20,000 nucleotides of DNA from an uncultured virus (IMG/VR IMGVR_UViG_3300013093_000039). Its lineage: Duplodnaviria; Heunggongvirae; Uroviricota; Caudoviricetes. Positions 9,192-17,471 of this stretch are shown here, piece after piece; position 1 is the first letter of the stretch, and every line of letters starts with the position of its first letter. The DNA lies in the IMG/VR virus record IMGVR_UViG_3300013093_000039; one strand, written 5' to 3'. Below the pieces are notes generated by a model. The model searched no databases. It was given only the letters and a program-made list of their open reading frames with translations, and was not told where the DNA came from. The translations under genes and the position numbers were made by a program.

Positions 9192-9548
9192 ATGAATCAA
9201 AATAGTATTCAGACTTTACCTTCTCTAACAGACGAAAATTACGAACAAATTTTTAATGTCTACCAAGATAATAATGGGTATTATTACTATAATTTACTTC
9301 AATCGGTAATTATACCAGCTAATTTACCTCCAGGTTTTTATACAAAATATAACGTTGTAAACGGAGATACTTGGCCTTATATATCTTATAAGAATTATAA
9401 TACTCCTAATCTTTGGTGGGTTATATTAAATTCTAATAATATTATTGATCCTACCTCCATACCTACCCCAGGTACTTCTCTTTATATTTTAGATTCTAAT
9501 ATAGTTTCTCAAATATTAAACAAGATTGCTAATTCTATTAATCAATAA
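9192..9548 (+). CDS. gp53: Baseplate wedge protein with LysM-like domain (gp53-like)
   Basis: YNVVNGDTWPYISYKNYNTPNLWWVILNSNNIIDP is the gp53/LysM signature. Confidence 0.8.
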   Translation: MNQNSIQTLPSLTDENYEQIFNVYQDNNGYYYYNLLQSVIIPANLPPGFYTKYNVVNGDTWPYISYKNYNTPNLWWVILNSNNIIDPTSIPTPGTSLYILDSNIVSQILNKIANSINQ

Positions 9549-9549
9549 G

Positions 9550-11262
9550 ATGAATGTAGTACAATCAGCTGTTTTTCAGTCAAAATTTAATCAATTAGAT
9601 TATGAAGTTGAAATTTATTTAGATAACGGTGTTGATCAGTTTCCAATTAACTCTAATGCTATTATCTCTTTAGATATTGAAGAGTCTTTATCAAATTGGC
9701 TTGTAGGAGGTACTTTATCTTTTTTATACGACCCAGAAGCAGGTGCAAATGCTTTTAGCAAAGTTACTGGTCAAGTAGCTAACGCTACAACAAACGTTAA
9801 CGAAAATTCTCTTAAACCTTTTTATGTTTTTAGAAACGATGGAAGTGATTTATTACGTGTTAGGCTAATACCTAAAATACAAAATAAAAATAATGCAGCA
9901 GCTAATAGTGATCTACCCGATAATATTGATAAGGTAATGTGGACACTCTCTTATCTTTTCTCTGTTTATGATGCTGAAGATGTAGATAAGCTTCCAGGTA
10001 TAACAGGCTCAGCGTCGGCAACAATGAAAGGGCTAAAATTATATTTTTGGGATTTTTGGTATCAAAAAATGTCTACAAATACATTAGAGTATTCTACTGG
10101 TCTCTCTCCTCTTGCTACTACTGATCAAAATACCCCAGGTACAAATTTCTATAATTCAGCTACCATACCTACTGGTATGGCTATTAAAGAAATTATTGAG
10201 CAATCTTTAAGTGATATTAAACAAACAAATAACGCTCAAAATTCATCTACTAATTGGACCACACCATATATTAATTACGACCCTGTAGGAAGTGGTAAAG
10301 ACTGGGATCAAGGTGGTGGAGAAATATTTTTTACAGCACCTGCAGAGTCAACAGCTGCTGAATGTTTGGATTACGTTTATAGTTATCACGTAAGTGGAGA
10401 TTTAGACGCTGGAGGTACAACAAATATACCTAGAGATTTTTGTATATTAACTAAAGAAAGAGGTCCTACAGAATTAGATATTGGTTATTTTTCTTTAAAG
10501 CCCTTAGCTTCTTATTATGAAAAAGCGGGTAAAACAGAAACTGCTCCAGGTGAATACCAATACGAACATTTTTACTTACAGACATACTCTGATCCAAATA
10601 AAAGACCAGGTGCTAAAAAACAGAGAGGTCCTACTGCTATAGGTAATAGTAATAAAGTAGATATGAAATTAATGAAATATAATATGATAACGAATTATCG
10701 TTTCGTAGATATATCTGCTCTTACTAACAGTCAACAATTTTGTACAACCCCTGTTTACTCATTTAATTTTAAAAATCGACAATATAAAGTTGAATTTGAA
10801 ACAAATTCAGTAACAACAGCTAGAACGTTTATAGATAATAATTACATAAACAACTTATACACATCAGGGGGTCAAGGTAGAGCAGCTGAAGGATTATTTT
10901 TAGTAACATTAAATCAAGATAAACAGAGTAAAGATATTAAACCGGTTTATTCACTTTATGGAGATAATTCTGTCTTAAGACAAGCAAGCGGTTTACAAAA
11001 ACTTCTCCGCACAGGTATCTATCAAAACGCCTGTGTACATTTTCGTACCTTAGGGTTACCCTTTAGACGTGTAGGTAGATTTATATCTATTGATAAAACT
11101 GAAGGAGTTGAATCTAGCGCATATGCTGATAAATTTTATGGTCAGTGGTTTGTTATTGATATTAAACATATCTTTGAACCAGGTGTTTATTATAATGATA
11201 TTACCGCTGTAAAGATAAACCGCTTTAAACCTCTTGATCCAATATTTCCTAATACTATATAA
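9550..11262 (+). CDS. Baseplate hub protein (gp27-like)
   Basis: About 570 aa; N-terminal IISLDIEESL and C-terminal GLPFRRVGRFISID...KFYGQWFVIDIKHIF...YYNDITAVK are typical of gp27-type hubs. Start revised from TTG 9526 to ATG 9550, just after the gp53 stop. Confidence 0.65.
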   Translation: MNVVQSAVFQSKFNQLDYEVEIYLDNGVDQFPINSNAIISLDIEESLSNWLVGGTLSFLYDPEAGANAFSKVTGQVANATTNVNENSLKPFYVFRNDGSDLLRVRLIPKIQNKNNAAANSDLPDNIDKVMWTLSYLFSVYDAEDVDKLPGITGSASATMKGLKLYFWDFWYQKMSTNTLEYSTGLSPLATTDQNTPGTNFYNSATIPTGMAIKEIIEQSLSDIKQTNNAQNSSTNWTTPYINYDPVGSGKDWDQGGGEIFFTAPAESTAAECLDYVYSYHVSGDLDAGGTTNIPRDFCILTKERGPTELDIGYFSLKPLASYYEKAGKTETAPGEYQYEHFYLQTYSDPNKRPGAKKQRGPTAIGNSNKVDMKLMKYNMITNYRFVDISALTNSQQFCTTPVYSFNFKNRQYKVEFETNSVTTARTFIDNNYINNLYTSGGQGRAAEGLFLVTLNQDKQSKDIKPVYSLYGDNSVLRQASGLQKLLRTGIYQNACVHFRTLGLPFRRVGRFISIDKTEGVESSAYADKFYGQWFVIDIKHIFEPGVYYNDITAVKINRFKPLDPIFPNTI

Positions 11263-11498
11263 TGAAAAATTATTTTACTAATATTGATTTAGTTAATGGT
11301 GCTTTTGTAGGTATTGTTTATGATGCTAACAGTAACGCTGAAGTTTACAAGACTTCTTCATACGGAGATCATACTCATGCTCTTCAAGATATAAACAACT
11401 TTTTACAATCATCTAATACCCCTTTAGATGAGCTTACACCTACTACAAACACTATTCAGTACGTTACTGTCCCAACCCGCAAATGTTGCGGAGGTTAA
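11262..11498 (+). CDS. Small hypothetical protein ending in RKCCGG
   Basis: 78 aa; ATG overlaps the hub gene stop (TAATG), indicating translational coupling. Confidence 0.7.
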   Translation: MKNYFTNIDLVNGAFVGIVYDANSNAEVYKTSSYGDHTHALQDINNFLQSSNTPLDELTPTTNTIQYVTVPTRKCCGG

Positions 11499-12387
11499 TA
11501 CAACAACTAAACCAATTAATCTCTTTGTCAACGACGATAGCGTCTTTGTACATATATTCTGATATAACTAAAAGAGTATTACTATTGTCACCAGCACTAA
11601 ACAATACTTCAAACATTTCCTTTAAAAGCTGTAAGTAATCACCAGAAAACTCTTGCTCTCGTTCAATAACAAACTTACGTAGTTCGGTTAAGTCAACGTT
11701 ACCTTTAATCTTTTGAACTACCTTTTCAGCAATACCCTTTACCTGATTATCCTTGATAATCAAAGTACCAGTATAAGAGAACTTTTGAATATCATTTATT
11801 ACACGTCGAAGATCGGGATACCCGCTTCTAACTAGTTCTACCAGTCTATTCTTCTCTTCTTCAGGAACCACGATGTTCTGTTGTTTAAGGACATAGACAA
11901 CCCTATTTAAAACGCCGTTCAGAGGAGGAGTTAGATTAAAGATCTGACATCTAGATTGAAGAGCAGGTATTACTTTAAATAGATAGTTACAAGTAAAGAT
12001 AAAACGTGTATTAGTAGAATACTCTTCAATAACATTACGAAGAGCTTTTTGAGAGTCTAATGACAATGCATCACACTCGTCAAAGAGAACTACCTTTAAT
12101 CTACCATCTAAAGACTTCGTAGAAGAGAAACCAATAACTTTACTTCTAATAGTATCAATACCATTTTCGTCAGAAGCGTTAATATAAAGATACTGACAAT
12201 CTAAAATATCATTAACAATAATCTTAGCTAAAGAAGTTTTACCTGTTCCAGGACTACCTGCAAAAAGAAGATTAGGAATTTCTTCCTTCTCTTTTAAAGA
12301 AGCAAAATAATCCTTCTCTTCTTTATTTAGAACAATATCATCCAGTGTCTTAGGACGATATTTTTCTACCAGTAGCTCTTGGAACAT
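11464..12387 (-). CDS. gp44: Sliding-clamp loader AAA+ ATPase (T4 gp44 / RFC small subunit-like)
   Basis: VEKYRP, Walker A GSPGTGKT, INASDENGID, Walker B DECD, SRC motif, PDLRRVIN. Start revised to ATG 12387 (MFQELLVEKYRP). Confidence 0.92.
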   Translation of the reverse strand: MFQELLVEKYRPKTLDDIVLNKEEKDYFASLKEKEEIPNLLFAGSPGTGKTSLAKIIVNDILDCQYLYINASDENGIDTIRSKVIGFSSTKSLDGRLKVVLFDECDALSLDSQKALRNVIEEYSTNTRFIFTCNYLFKVIPALQSRCQIFNLTPPLNGVLNRVVYVLKQQNIVVPEEEKNRLVELVRSGYPDLRRVINDIQKFSYTGTLIIKDNQVKGIAEKVVQKIKGNVDLTELRKFVIEREQEFSGDYLQLLKEMFEVLFSAGDNSNTLLVISEYMYKDAIVVDKEINWFSCCINLRNICGLGQ

Positions 12388-12393
12388 GAAGCT

Positions 12394-12422
12394 ATTATAC
12401 ACTTACTTGCCGCTACTGCCAG
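12394..12422 (-). promoter_or_regulatory. Sigma70-like promoter for the clamp loader (CTGGCA-17-TATAAT), probably leaderless
   Basis: Minus strand: CTGGCA (12422-12417), 17-nt spacer, TATAAT (12399-12394), 6 nt, ATG. Confidence 0.55.
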
Positions 12423-12885
12423 TACCCTTATTACCTCGATCTGTAACAGTCACTTCATCTGCAAAAGATGTTTCCATATTAACAAGCGGGTAAAAAGCTA
12501 TTTGTGCAACCCGATCCCCTTTTTTAAAAGTATAATCTTTATCACTGAAATTATAAATTTGTACGTCTAACGAACCTCTATAACCTGAATCTATTACACC
12601 TAAATGAGGTTGTAATTGATGTTTAAATCCTAAGCCGCTTCTAGGTAAAATAAGATACCAATAACCCGGGGTAATATCAGCAACTTGTAATCCTACAGGT
12701 ACAATACCATGAAGTCGAGAGTAAATAACTGTATCTTCAACACAATATAAATCATACCCGGTATCAGTTTTATGCGCTTTTGTAGGTAGTTGTGCATCAT
12801 TATGCGTTTTTACAAATTTAATAAAAGGTTTATTATTGTTAACAATGCCTACCGAGGTAGAATAAGTATTATAAGATGAAAGCAT
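12403..12885 (-). CDS. dut: Trimeric dUTPase
   Basis: All five motifs present: GYDL, PRSGLG, GVIDSGYRG, GDRVAQI, RGNKGTGSSG. The only in-frame ATG is at 12885. Confidence 0.93.
   Translation of the reverse strand: MLSSYNTYSTSVGIVNNNKPFIKFVKTHNDAQLPTKAHKTDTGYDLYCVEDTVIYSRLHGIVPVGLQVADITPGYWYLILPRSGLGFKHQLQPHLGVIDSGYRGSLDVQIYNFSDKDYTFKKGDRVAQIAFYPLVNMETSFADEVTVTDRGNKGTGSSGK
12863..12868 (+). promoter_or_regulatory. Late promoter variant TAAGTA for the endonuclease
   Basis: 7 nt before ATG 12876; the same variant precedes ORFs 3109 and 13889. Confidence 0.5.
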
Positions 12886-13679
12886 ATACGTACATTATAG
12901 TTAGAATTAATAAATTGCCAGGTCCAAAATTTTATTTCGGTTATAAAACAATTAAAAAAGATAACGGGCACTACTACGGTAGTAGTAAATACCTTAAAGA
13001 AGATATACAAAAATACGGTATACAATGTTTTAAAAAACCTGTTGTTCACTATTATGAAACAGAAAAAGAAGCTCTCGAGGCTGAAGAAAAATATCTATAC
13101 AAAGTTAATGCGTCTAAGAATCCTAATTTTTATAACCGTATTAATGGCAACGCTAAATGGACAACAGTAAATACGGTATATTCACCTGAACAATATAAAA
13201 AATCTCACTACAAAATTTTTTTAAAAGGCGATCAACGAACAGAAGCTCAAAAAAAAGGTGCAAAAACAAAATACAAAAAAGGAAGATCTGCTGAAAGGAT
13301 CAACGCCGATAAAGAGCATAGTGAAAGAATGAAAGGTAGAAGATTGCCTGAAATAGCTCTTATACGCTCTAGAGAGACACAATTAAAAAATCGCGATCTA
13401 ATTAATGAAAAATTAAGAAAACAGTGTTTAGGTAAAACAAAAGAAAACAATGAAGGTCGAAAAATTACTTCTGAAAAATTAAAAGGTAATCAAAATGGTC
13501 GCAAAGGAGATCTAAAACTTGCAAATATGACTGAGCAAGAATTTACAAACTTTCTAGCAACGAAGAGTCAACATCCAAACGTACAACAAATGCTTAAAAC
13601 AAGAAGAAACAACGCTTTAACTTTTTTACAAACAGGTGTATGGGGTACATACAAGAGACGTAAAGTTTCTATTCGTTGA
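12876..13679 (+). CDS. Free-standing GIY-YIG homing endonuclease (T4 Seg-like)
   Basis: YTY..10..FYFG (GIY-YIG variant), YYGSS, IQKYG..CFKK, ALEAEE (catalytic Glu region), FYN; basic K/R-rich C-terminal half with NUMOD3-like segments (HSERMKGR, TSEKLKGN). Confidence 0.85.
   Translation: MKAYTYIIVRINKLPGPKFYFGYKTIKKDNGHYYGSSKYLKEDIQKYGIQCFKKPVVHYYETEKEALEAEEKYLYKVNASKNPNFYNRINGNAKWTTVNTVYSPEQYKKSHYKIFLKGDQRTEAQKKGAKTKYKKGRSAERINADKEHSERMKGRRLPEIALIRSRETQLKNRDLINEKLRKQCLGKTKENNEGRKITSEKLKGNQNGRKGDLKLANMTEQEFTNFLATKSQHPNVQQMLKTRRNNALTFLQTGVWGTYKRRKVSIR
12894..12921 (-). promoter_or_regulatory. Sigma70-like promoter for dUTPase embedded in the endonuclease coding sequence
   Basis: Minus strand: CTGGCA (12921-12916), 16 nt, TATAAT (12899-12894), 8 nt, ATG 12885; same hexamers as the clamp-loader promoter. 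Confidence 0.5.
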
Positions 13680-13833
13680 TAAGCTGACGACCAGTATACT
13701 CTCCCTGCTTTACTTCTCCAATAGGAGTCTGTCCAGGCTTAACGGCGTTAGCTTGAAGCCAGGCAATGAGTGCGTCAGTCTTTTCCCTAGGAACAATAAA
13801 AGTTCCGTACATAGTATTTACAGTAATTTCCAT
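13669..13833 (-). CDS. 54-aa hypothetical protein (not in ORF track)
   Basis: MEITVNTMYGTFIVPREKTDALIAWLQANAVKPGQTPIGEVKQGEYTGRQLINE*; fills the gap between endonuclease and terminase; preceded by TTGAAA-16-TAATAT-7-ATG; same strand as dut and gp44. Confidence 0.75.
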   Translation of the reverse strand: MEITVNTMYGTFIVPREKTDALIAWLQANAVKPGQTPIGEVKQGEYTGRQLINE

Positions 13834-13888
13834 ATACTATATATTATCTTATAGTTTAAGATTTTCAACTACCAGCTTAAGTATTGTA

Positions 13889-14377
13889 ATGTCAGACAAC
13901 TTAGATACATTGTTAAATGAATTATCTTCATTTGAACTTCCTGTAAGTACCCCAAAACCAGAAGTACCCGCTATGGAAGTTAATGATGAAAACATTAACG
14001 ATTACATTCTTAAAAGAACTACTCAATTAATTGATACAAGTATTACCGCTGTTGATGATATTAAGGATTATATTATCCAAGGTCAGAACCCCGATGAAAT
14101 AGCTGCTTTATCCGAACTCATTAATGCTGCTACTAAAAGTATAGAAGCCTTAAACAGAATTAACCTCCTTAATAAGAAAGGTAAAATTGATAAAGAATTA
14201 AAAGAAATGGATCTAAAAAATAGAAAAGAAGTAGCAGGTATGCTTCCAGGTAATAATGTTGTTAACAACAATTTAATAGTAGCGTCGAGAGAAGAGATAT
14301 TTAAACAACTTCTAAATGAACCAGAACCTATAGAAATACTTGATTCTGTTGTTATAGAAGAAAAAGAAGATAAATAA
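13889..14377 (+). CDS. Terminase small subunit (gp16-like)
   Basis: DYILKRTTQLID...GQNPDEIAALSELINAATKSIEAL...NNVVNNNLIVASREEIFKQLL follows the helical gp16 pattern of T4-like phages. Start revised to ATG 13889, after TAAGTA at 13878-13883. Confidence 0.6.
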   Translation: MSDNLDTLLNELSSFELPVSTPKPEVPAMEVNDENINDYILKRTTQLIDTSITAVDDIKDYIIQGQNPDEIAALSELINAATKSIEALNRINLLNKKGKIDKELKEMDLKNRKEVAGMLPGNNVVNNNLIVASREEIFKQLLNEPEPIEILDSVVIEEKEDK

Positions 14378-14382
14378 TTTAT

Positions 14383-14847
14383 ATGGCGCAACAAATTACA
14401 AATGCCGGATTAACTTTCAATTATTTACAACCTAACGATTGTATAGGAGATTCCTTAGGTTTTTTTAATGCCAATTTAACTAATTTAATAACATTAGTTA
14501 ATAATTTATCATCTAATTTATATACTGTTACTAGTAATATTTCTGCAGCAGTACCTGCTTCAACCACTGTTGCTAAAGCTTGGGGTGTATTTAACGGTAC
14601 AATTGCAAGTGGTTTAATAAATGGTTATCAAGTTACAAGTGTTACAAAAACAGCTACAGGGGTATACAATGTATTATTAAGTGTTACATTACCAAATACT
14701 AATTATGCAGTCGTAGGTACAGGTTCACCAAACTGTATTTTAACAGTATCAAATCAAGGAACAAATTCATTTCAGATTAATACTGTAAATACAGCAGGTA
14801 CCGCTACTAATTACAATCCTGCTAGTTTTGTTGTTTATAGCTCTTAA
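14383..14847 (+). CDS. Small putative virion fibre/appendage protein
   Basis: 154 aa; N-terminal CIGDSL..NANL.NL anchor/coil motif and C-terminal beta-rich AKAWGVFNG..SVTKTATGVY..NYAVV domain of the kind seen at fibre tips; TAAATA at 14371-14376. Confidence 0.5.
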   Translation: MAQQITNAGLTFNYLQPNDCIGDSLGFFNANLTNLITLVNNLSSNLYTVTSNISAAVPASTTVAKAWGVFNGTIASGLINGYQVTSVTKTATGVYNVLLSVTLPNTNYAVVGTGSPNCILTVSNQGTNSFQINTVNTAGTATNYNPASFVVYSS

Positions 14848-16493
14848 GCTTCACAGCTCTTACAATCGTTAATTGATCGAGCAAGCATCTGACTTGGATT
14901 AGCTGAACGCTGATAGTAGAGAGCTTTAATTCCTTGTTCCCAAGCAAAGATATAAAGTTCATTAGCTTCCTTAGGCTTAGTATCAGGAGGAATCATTACA
15001 TTTAATGACTGACCTTGATCGATAAACTTCTGACGTTGAGCTGCCTGAATGATAATCTCCTTCTGAGAAATCTCACCAAACGTTTTAAAGACATCTTTTT
15101 CGTCTTGAGTTAAGAAATCTAAGTGCTGAACAGAACCTCCTTTCATAAGGATACTCTTCCAAGTTTCATCATCATGCTTACCTTTATCTTTTAGTAATTG
15201 TTTGAGATAAGGATTACGATACGTAAACTTACCCTTAGCTAAATCCTTAACATAGTAGTTAGAGTTCTGAGGCTCGATAGAAGGACTAACTTGACCAAGA
15301 ATAAACGAACTAGATGTGGTTGGAGCTACAGCTAAGGTAGTTGTATTACGACGACCATAACCTTTCAGTAAAGGTGGTTCTCCTAGCATATCAGCTAATG
15401 TTGCTGAAGCCTTATCAGCATGTTCACGAATAAACTTCCAAACTTGTGTGTTAAGAAGTTTAGCTTCCATTGATTCAAAGCCAATCATCTTTGATTGAAG
15501 TAATGAATGCCATCCAAGAACACCAACACCAAGAGCTCGTTGATTAATGGCAAACTTCCGAGGTGCATCCATAAACTTCATACCTTCAGTCTTATCGATA
15601 AACTCAGTCATGACTGCATCTAAGAAAAATACTAAGAACTCAACAGCGTCAGTATTCTTCCACTCTTCCCATCGTTCAAGATTCATAGAAGATAAATCAC
15701 AAACAAATGACTCATCTGGTCCATTAGAGAGCATAATCTCTGAACATAGATTAGAATGATTAATCTTAAGACCTTTATCCTTATAAACTTGAGGAGCCTG
15801 ATTATTAGCATTATCAGAAAAAAAGATATAGGGATAACCTGATTCAAAACGCTTCTTAATAATTAACCCCCAAGTCTTACGCTTATCTTTATCTCCTTCA
15901 GTCATAGACTTCATCCATTCATCTGACACACAGACTCCGATTGAAAGGTCCTGAATAGAATCTCCTTCACCTTTTATCTTTAAGAACTCTTCAATGTCAG
16001 GATGATCAATAGGAAGGTAGGCAGCAAATGAACCTCGACGAACATTGCCTTGAGAAATATAATTCGTAAGAGAATCAAATACTGTTAACTGATGATGAAC
16101 CCCTGTTGCTTCACCTCCTGAAGAGATAGGTGTACCTCTAGGACGAATAGCTCCAAAGTAACCAGATGTACCTCCACCAACTTTTGACATAACCCCTACC
16201 TCAGCAATTTTATAGAGAATATCATCCATGTTATCAGGAACATATGAACCGAAGCAAGAAATAGGTAGACCACGTTTACGTCCGAAGTTTGACCAAATAG
16301 GAGAGCTAAGAGAATAGTACCCCTTATGCATATACTCTTCAAACTTTACTGCAAAGCCTTTAAGCTTAAGAAGCTTTTCAGCAGCCTTTGCAATATCAGT
16401 TATTCTTTGTTCGGCAGTTTCTCCTTCTAAAAGGTAACCACGTTCTAAAAATTTCCTAGAATCCTTATTAAGCCAATAGATGTGTTCTGTCAT
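14844..16493 (-). CDS. nrdA: Ribonucleotide reductase class I alpha subunit, short form without ATP cone
   Basis: 549 aa; LPISCF, GGGTSG, RRG, SNLCSEI (N-C-E), FVCDLSS, APTTSSS, DQGQSLN, KALYY, C-terminal CKSC. Confidence 0.96.
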   Translation of the reverse strand: MTEHIYWLNKDSRKFLERGYLLEGETAEQRITDIAKAAEKLLKLKGFAVKFEEYMHKGYYSLSSPIWSNFGRKRGLPISCFGSYVPDNMDDILYKIAEVGVMSKVGGGTSGYFGAIRPRGTPISSGGEATGVHHQLTVFDSLTNYISQGNVRRGSFAAYLPIDHPDIEEFLKIKGEGDSIQDLSIGVCVSDEWMKSMTEGDKDKRKTWGLIIKKRFESGYPYIFFSDNANNQAPQVYKDKGLKINHSNLCSEIMLSNGPDESFVCDLSSMNLERWEEWKNTDAVEFLVFFLDAVMTEFIDKTEGMKFMDAPRKFAINQRALGVGVLGWHSLLQSKMIGFESMEAKLLNTQVWKFIREHADKASATLADMLGEPPLLKGYGRRNTTTLAVAPTTSSSFILGQVSPSIEPQNSNYYVKDLAKGKFTYRNPYLKQLLKDKGKHDDETWKSILMKGGSVQHLDFLTQDEKDVFKTFGEISQKEIIIQAAQRQKFIDQGQSLNVMIPPDTKPKEANELYIFAWEQGIKALYYQRSANPSQMLARSINDCKSCEA

Positions 16494-16499
16494 ATAAAA

Positions 16500-17471
16500 T
16501 TAAAATAAATCGTCTTCAGAGAATGATTGATTCTTCTTAGCGTACTCGACCGGACGAGCATAAAAAAAGTCGGTCATATTGTTACCGTGTAATTCCTCTG
16601 TAAACCACATTGTAGCTTTAAGAATTTCTTTATCAACGTCAAAAGCTTTTTTAAACCCGATACCTGCTAAAGATTCATTAATTCGATCTTTGATAAACTC
16701 TTTAAGGATAGGAGCTGATAGTCCTTCTTCCTTAATACCGTTTACCATCCAATCAACAATCTTAGCTTCAGACTCAAAGGCCATTTGAGCTTCATGAAGA
16801 ATACGCTCTTCAAGCTCTGCATCAAAGAGCTCAGGATATTCATCTCTAATTGTATTAATAATCTTCGTACCAACAATACCGTGAATGTTCTCTTCGTTAC
16901 GAGTGTACTTGACCTGCTGATCGGTATCCTTAAGAACATTCTTAAAACGTGCAAACCAATTGATAACATAGAACTGACTAAAGAGAGATACGTTTTCAAC
17001 AAAGAGAGTAAAAAGAATGAGTGCGTAAAGATACTGTTTCTTAGAATCCTTATAGAACTTATGAGTGTACTTACGAAGATACTTTACTCTACCTTCAATC
17101 CAATCAAGCTTAAGGTTTTCCTCGAATACATTCTCCAGTCCAAGAACAGAAATAAGTCTTTCATAGGCATTGTTATGAATAACTTCGACATTAGCCATAA
17201 CATATCCAAGATCTTGAAAGCAAGGCTGAGGAAGATTCTCACCTAATTTAGCCCAGAAGGTTTTTACAGCGATCTCAATTTGACCGATAGCAGACAAAGT
17301 ACGAATAATAATCTCTCTTTCCTGATCTGTTAAATTAACTTTAAACTGTTGAACATCAGACTTAAAAGAAAATTCTTTATCAGTCCAGAATCCGTTATGC
17401 ATTGCTTCAATGAACTCATCTGTCCATTTATAATTGTTTGGTTTGCGGCTAATTTGTTCGTCGAAGATCAT
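16500..17471 (-). CDS. nrdB: Ribonucleotide reductase class I beta subunit (class Id-like signature)
   Basis: 323 aa; metal ligands E66, E96/H99, E159, E194/H197; Y103; K70; C-terminal DFFYARPVEY...DLF. Confidence 0.95.
   Translation of the reverse strand: MIFDEQISRKPNNYKWTDEFIEAMHNGFWTDKEFSFKSDVQQFKVNLTDQEREIIIRTLSAIGQIEIAVKTFWAKLGENLPQPCFQDLGYVMANVEVIHNNAYERLISVLGLENVFEENLKLDWIEGRVKYLRKYTHKFYKDSKKQYLYALILFTLFVENVSLFSQFYVINWFARFKNVLKDTDQQVKYTRNEENIHGIVGTKIINTIRDEYPELFDAELEERILHEAQMAFESEAKIVDWMVNGIKEEGLSAPILKEFIKDRINESLAGIGFKKAFDVDKEILKATMWFTEELHGNNMTDFFYARPVEYAKKNQSFSEDDLF

Noticed and set aside
327..11262. Bacterial contractile injection system (eCIS/tailocin) rather than phage
   Set aside because: Adjacent clamp loader, dUTPase, RNR, Seg-like nuclease, small-terminase-like gene and T4-type late boxes indicate a phage genome.
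12876..13679. Group I intron or intein carrying the endonuclease
   Set aside because: No non-coding flanks to hold a ribozyme core, the nuclease is antisense to its neighbours, and dUTPase motifs I-V are uninterrupted.
13636..13888. + strand 72-aa ORF (13636-13854) and the N-terminal 41 aa of ORF 13766
   Set aside because: Shadow of the minus-strand 54-aa gene; the terminase start fits ATG 13889 after TAAGTA.
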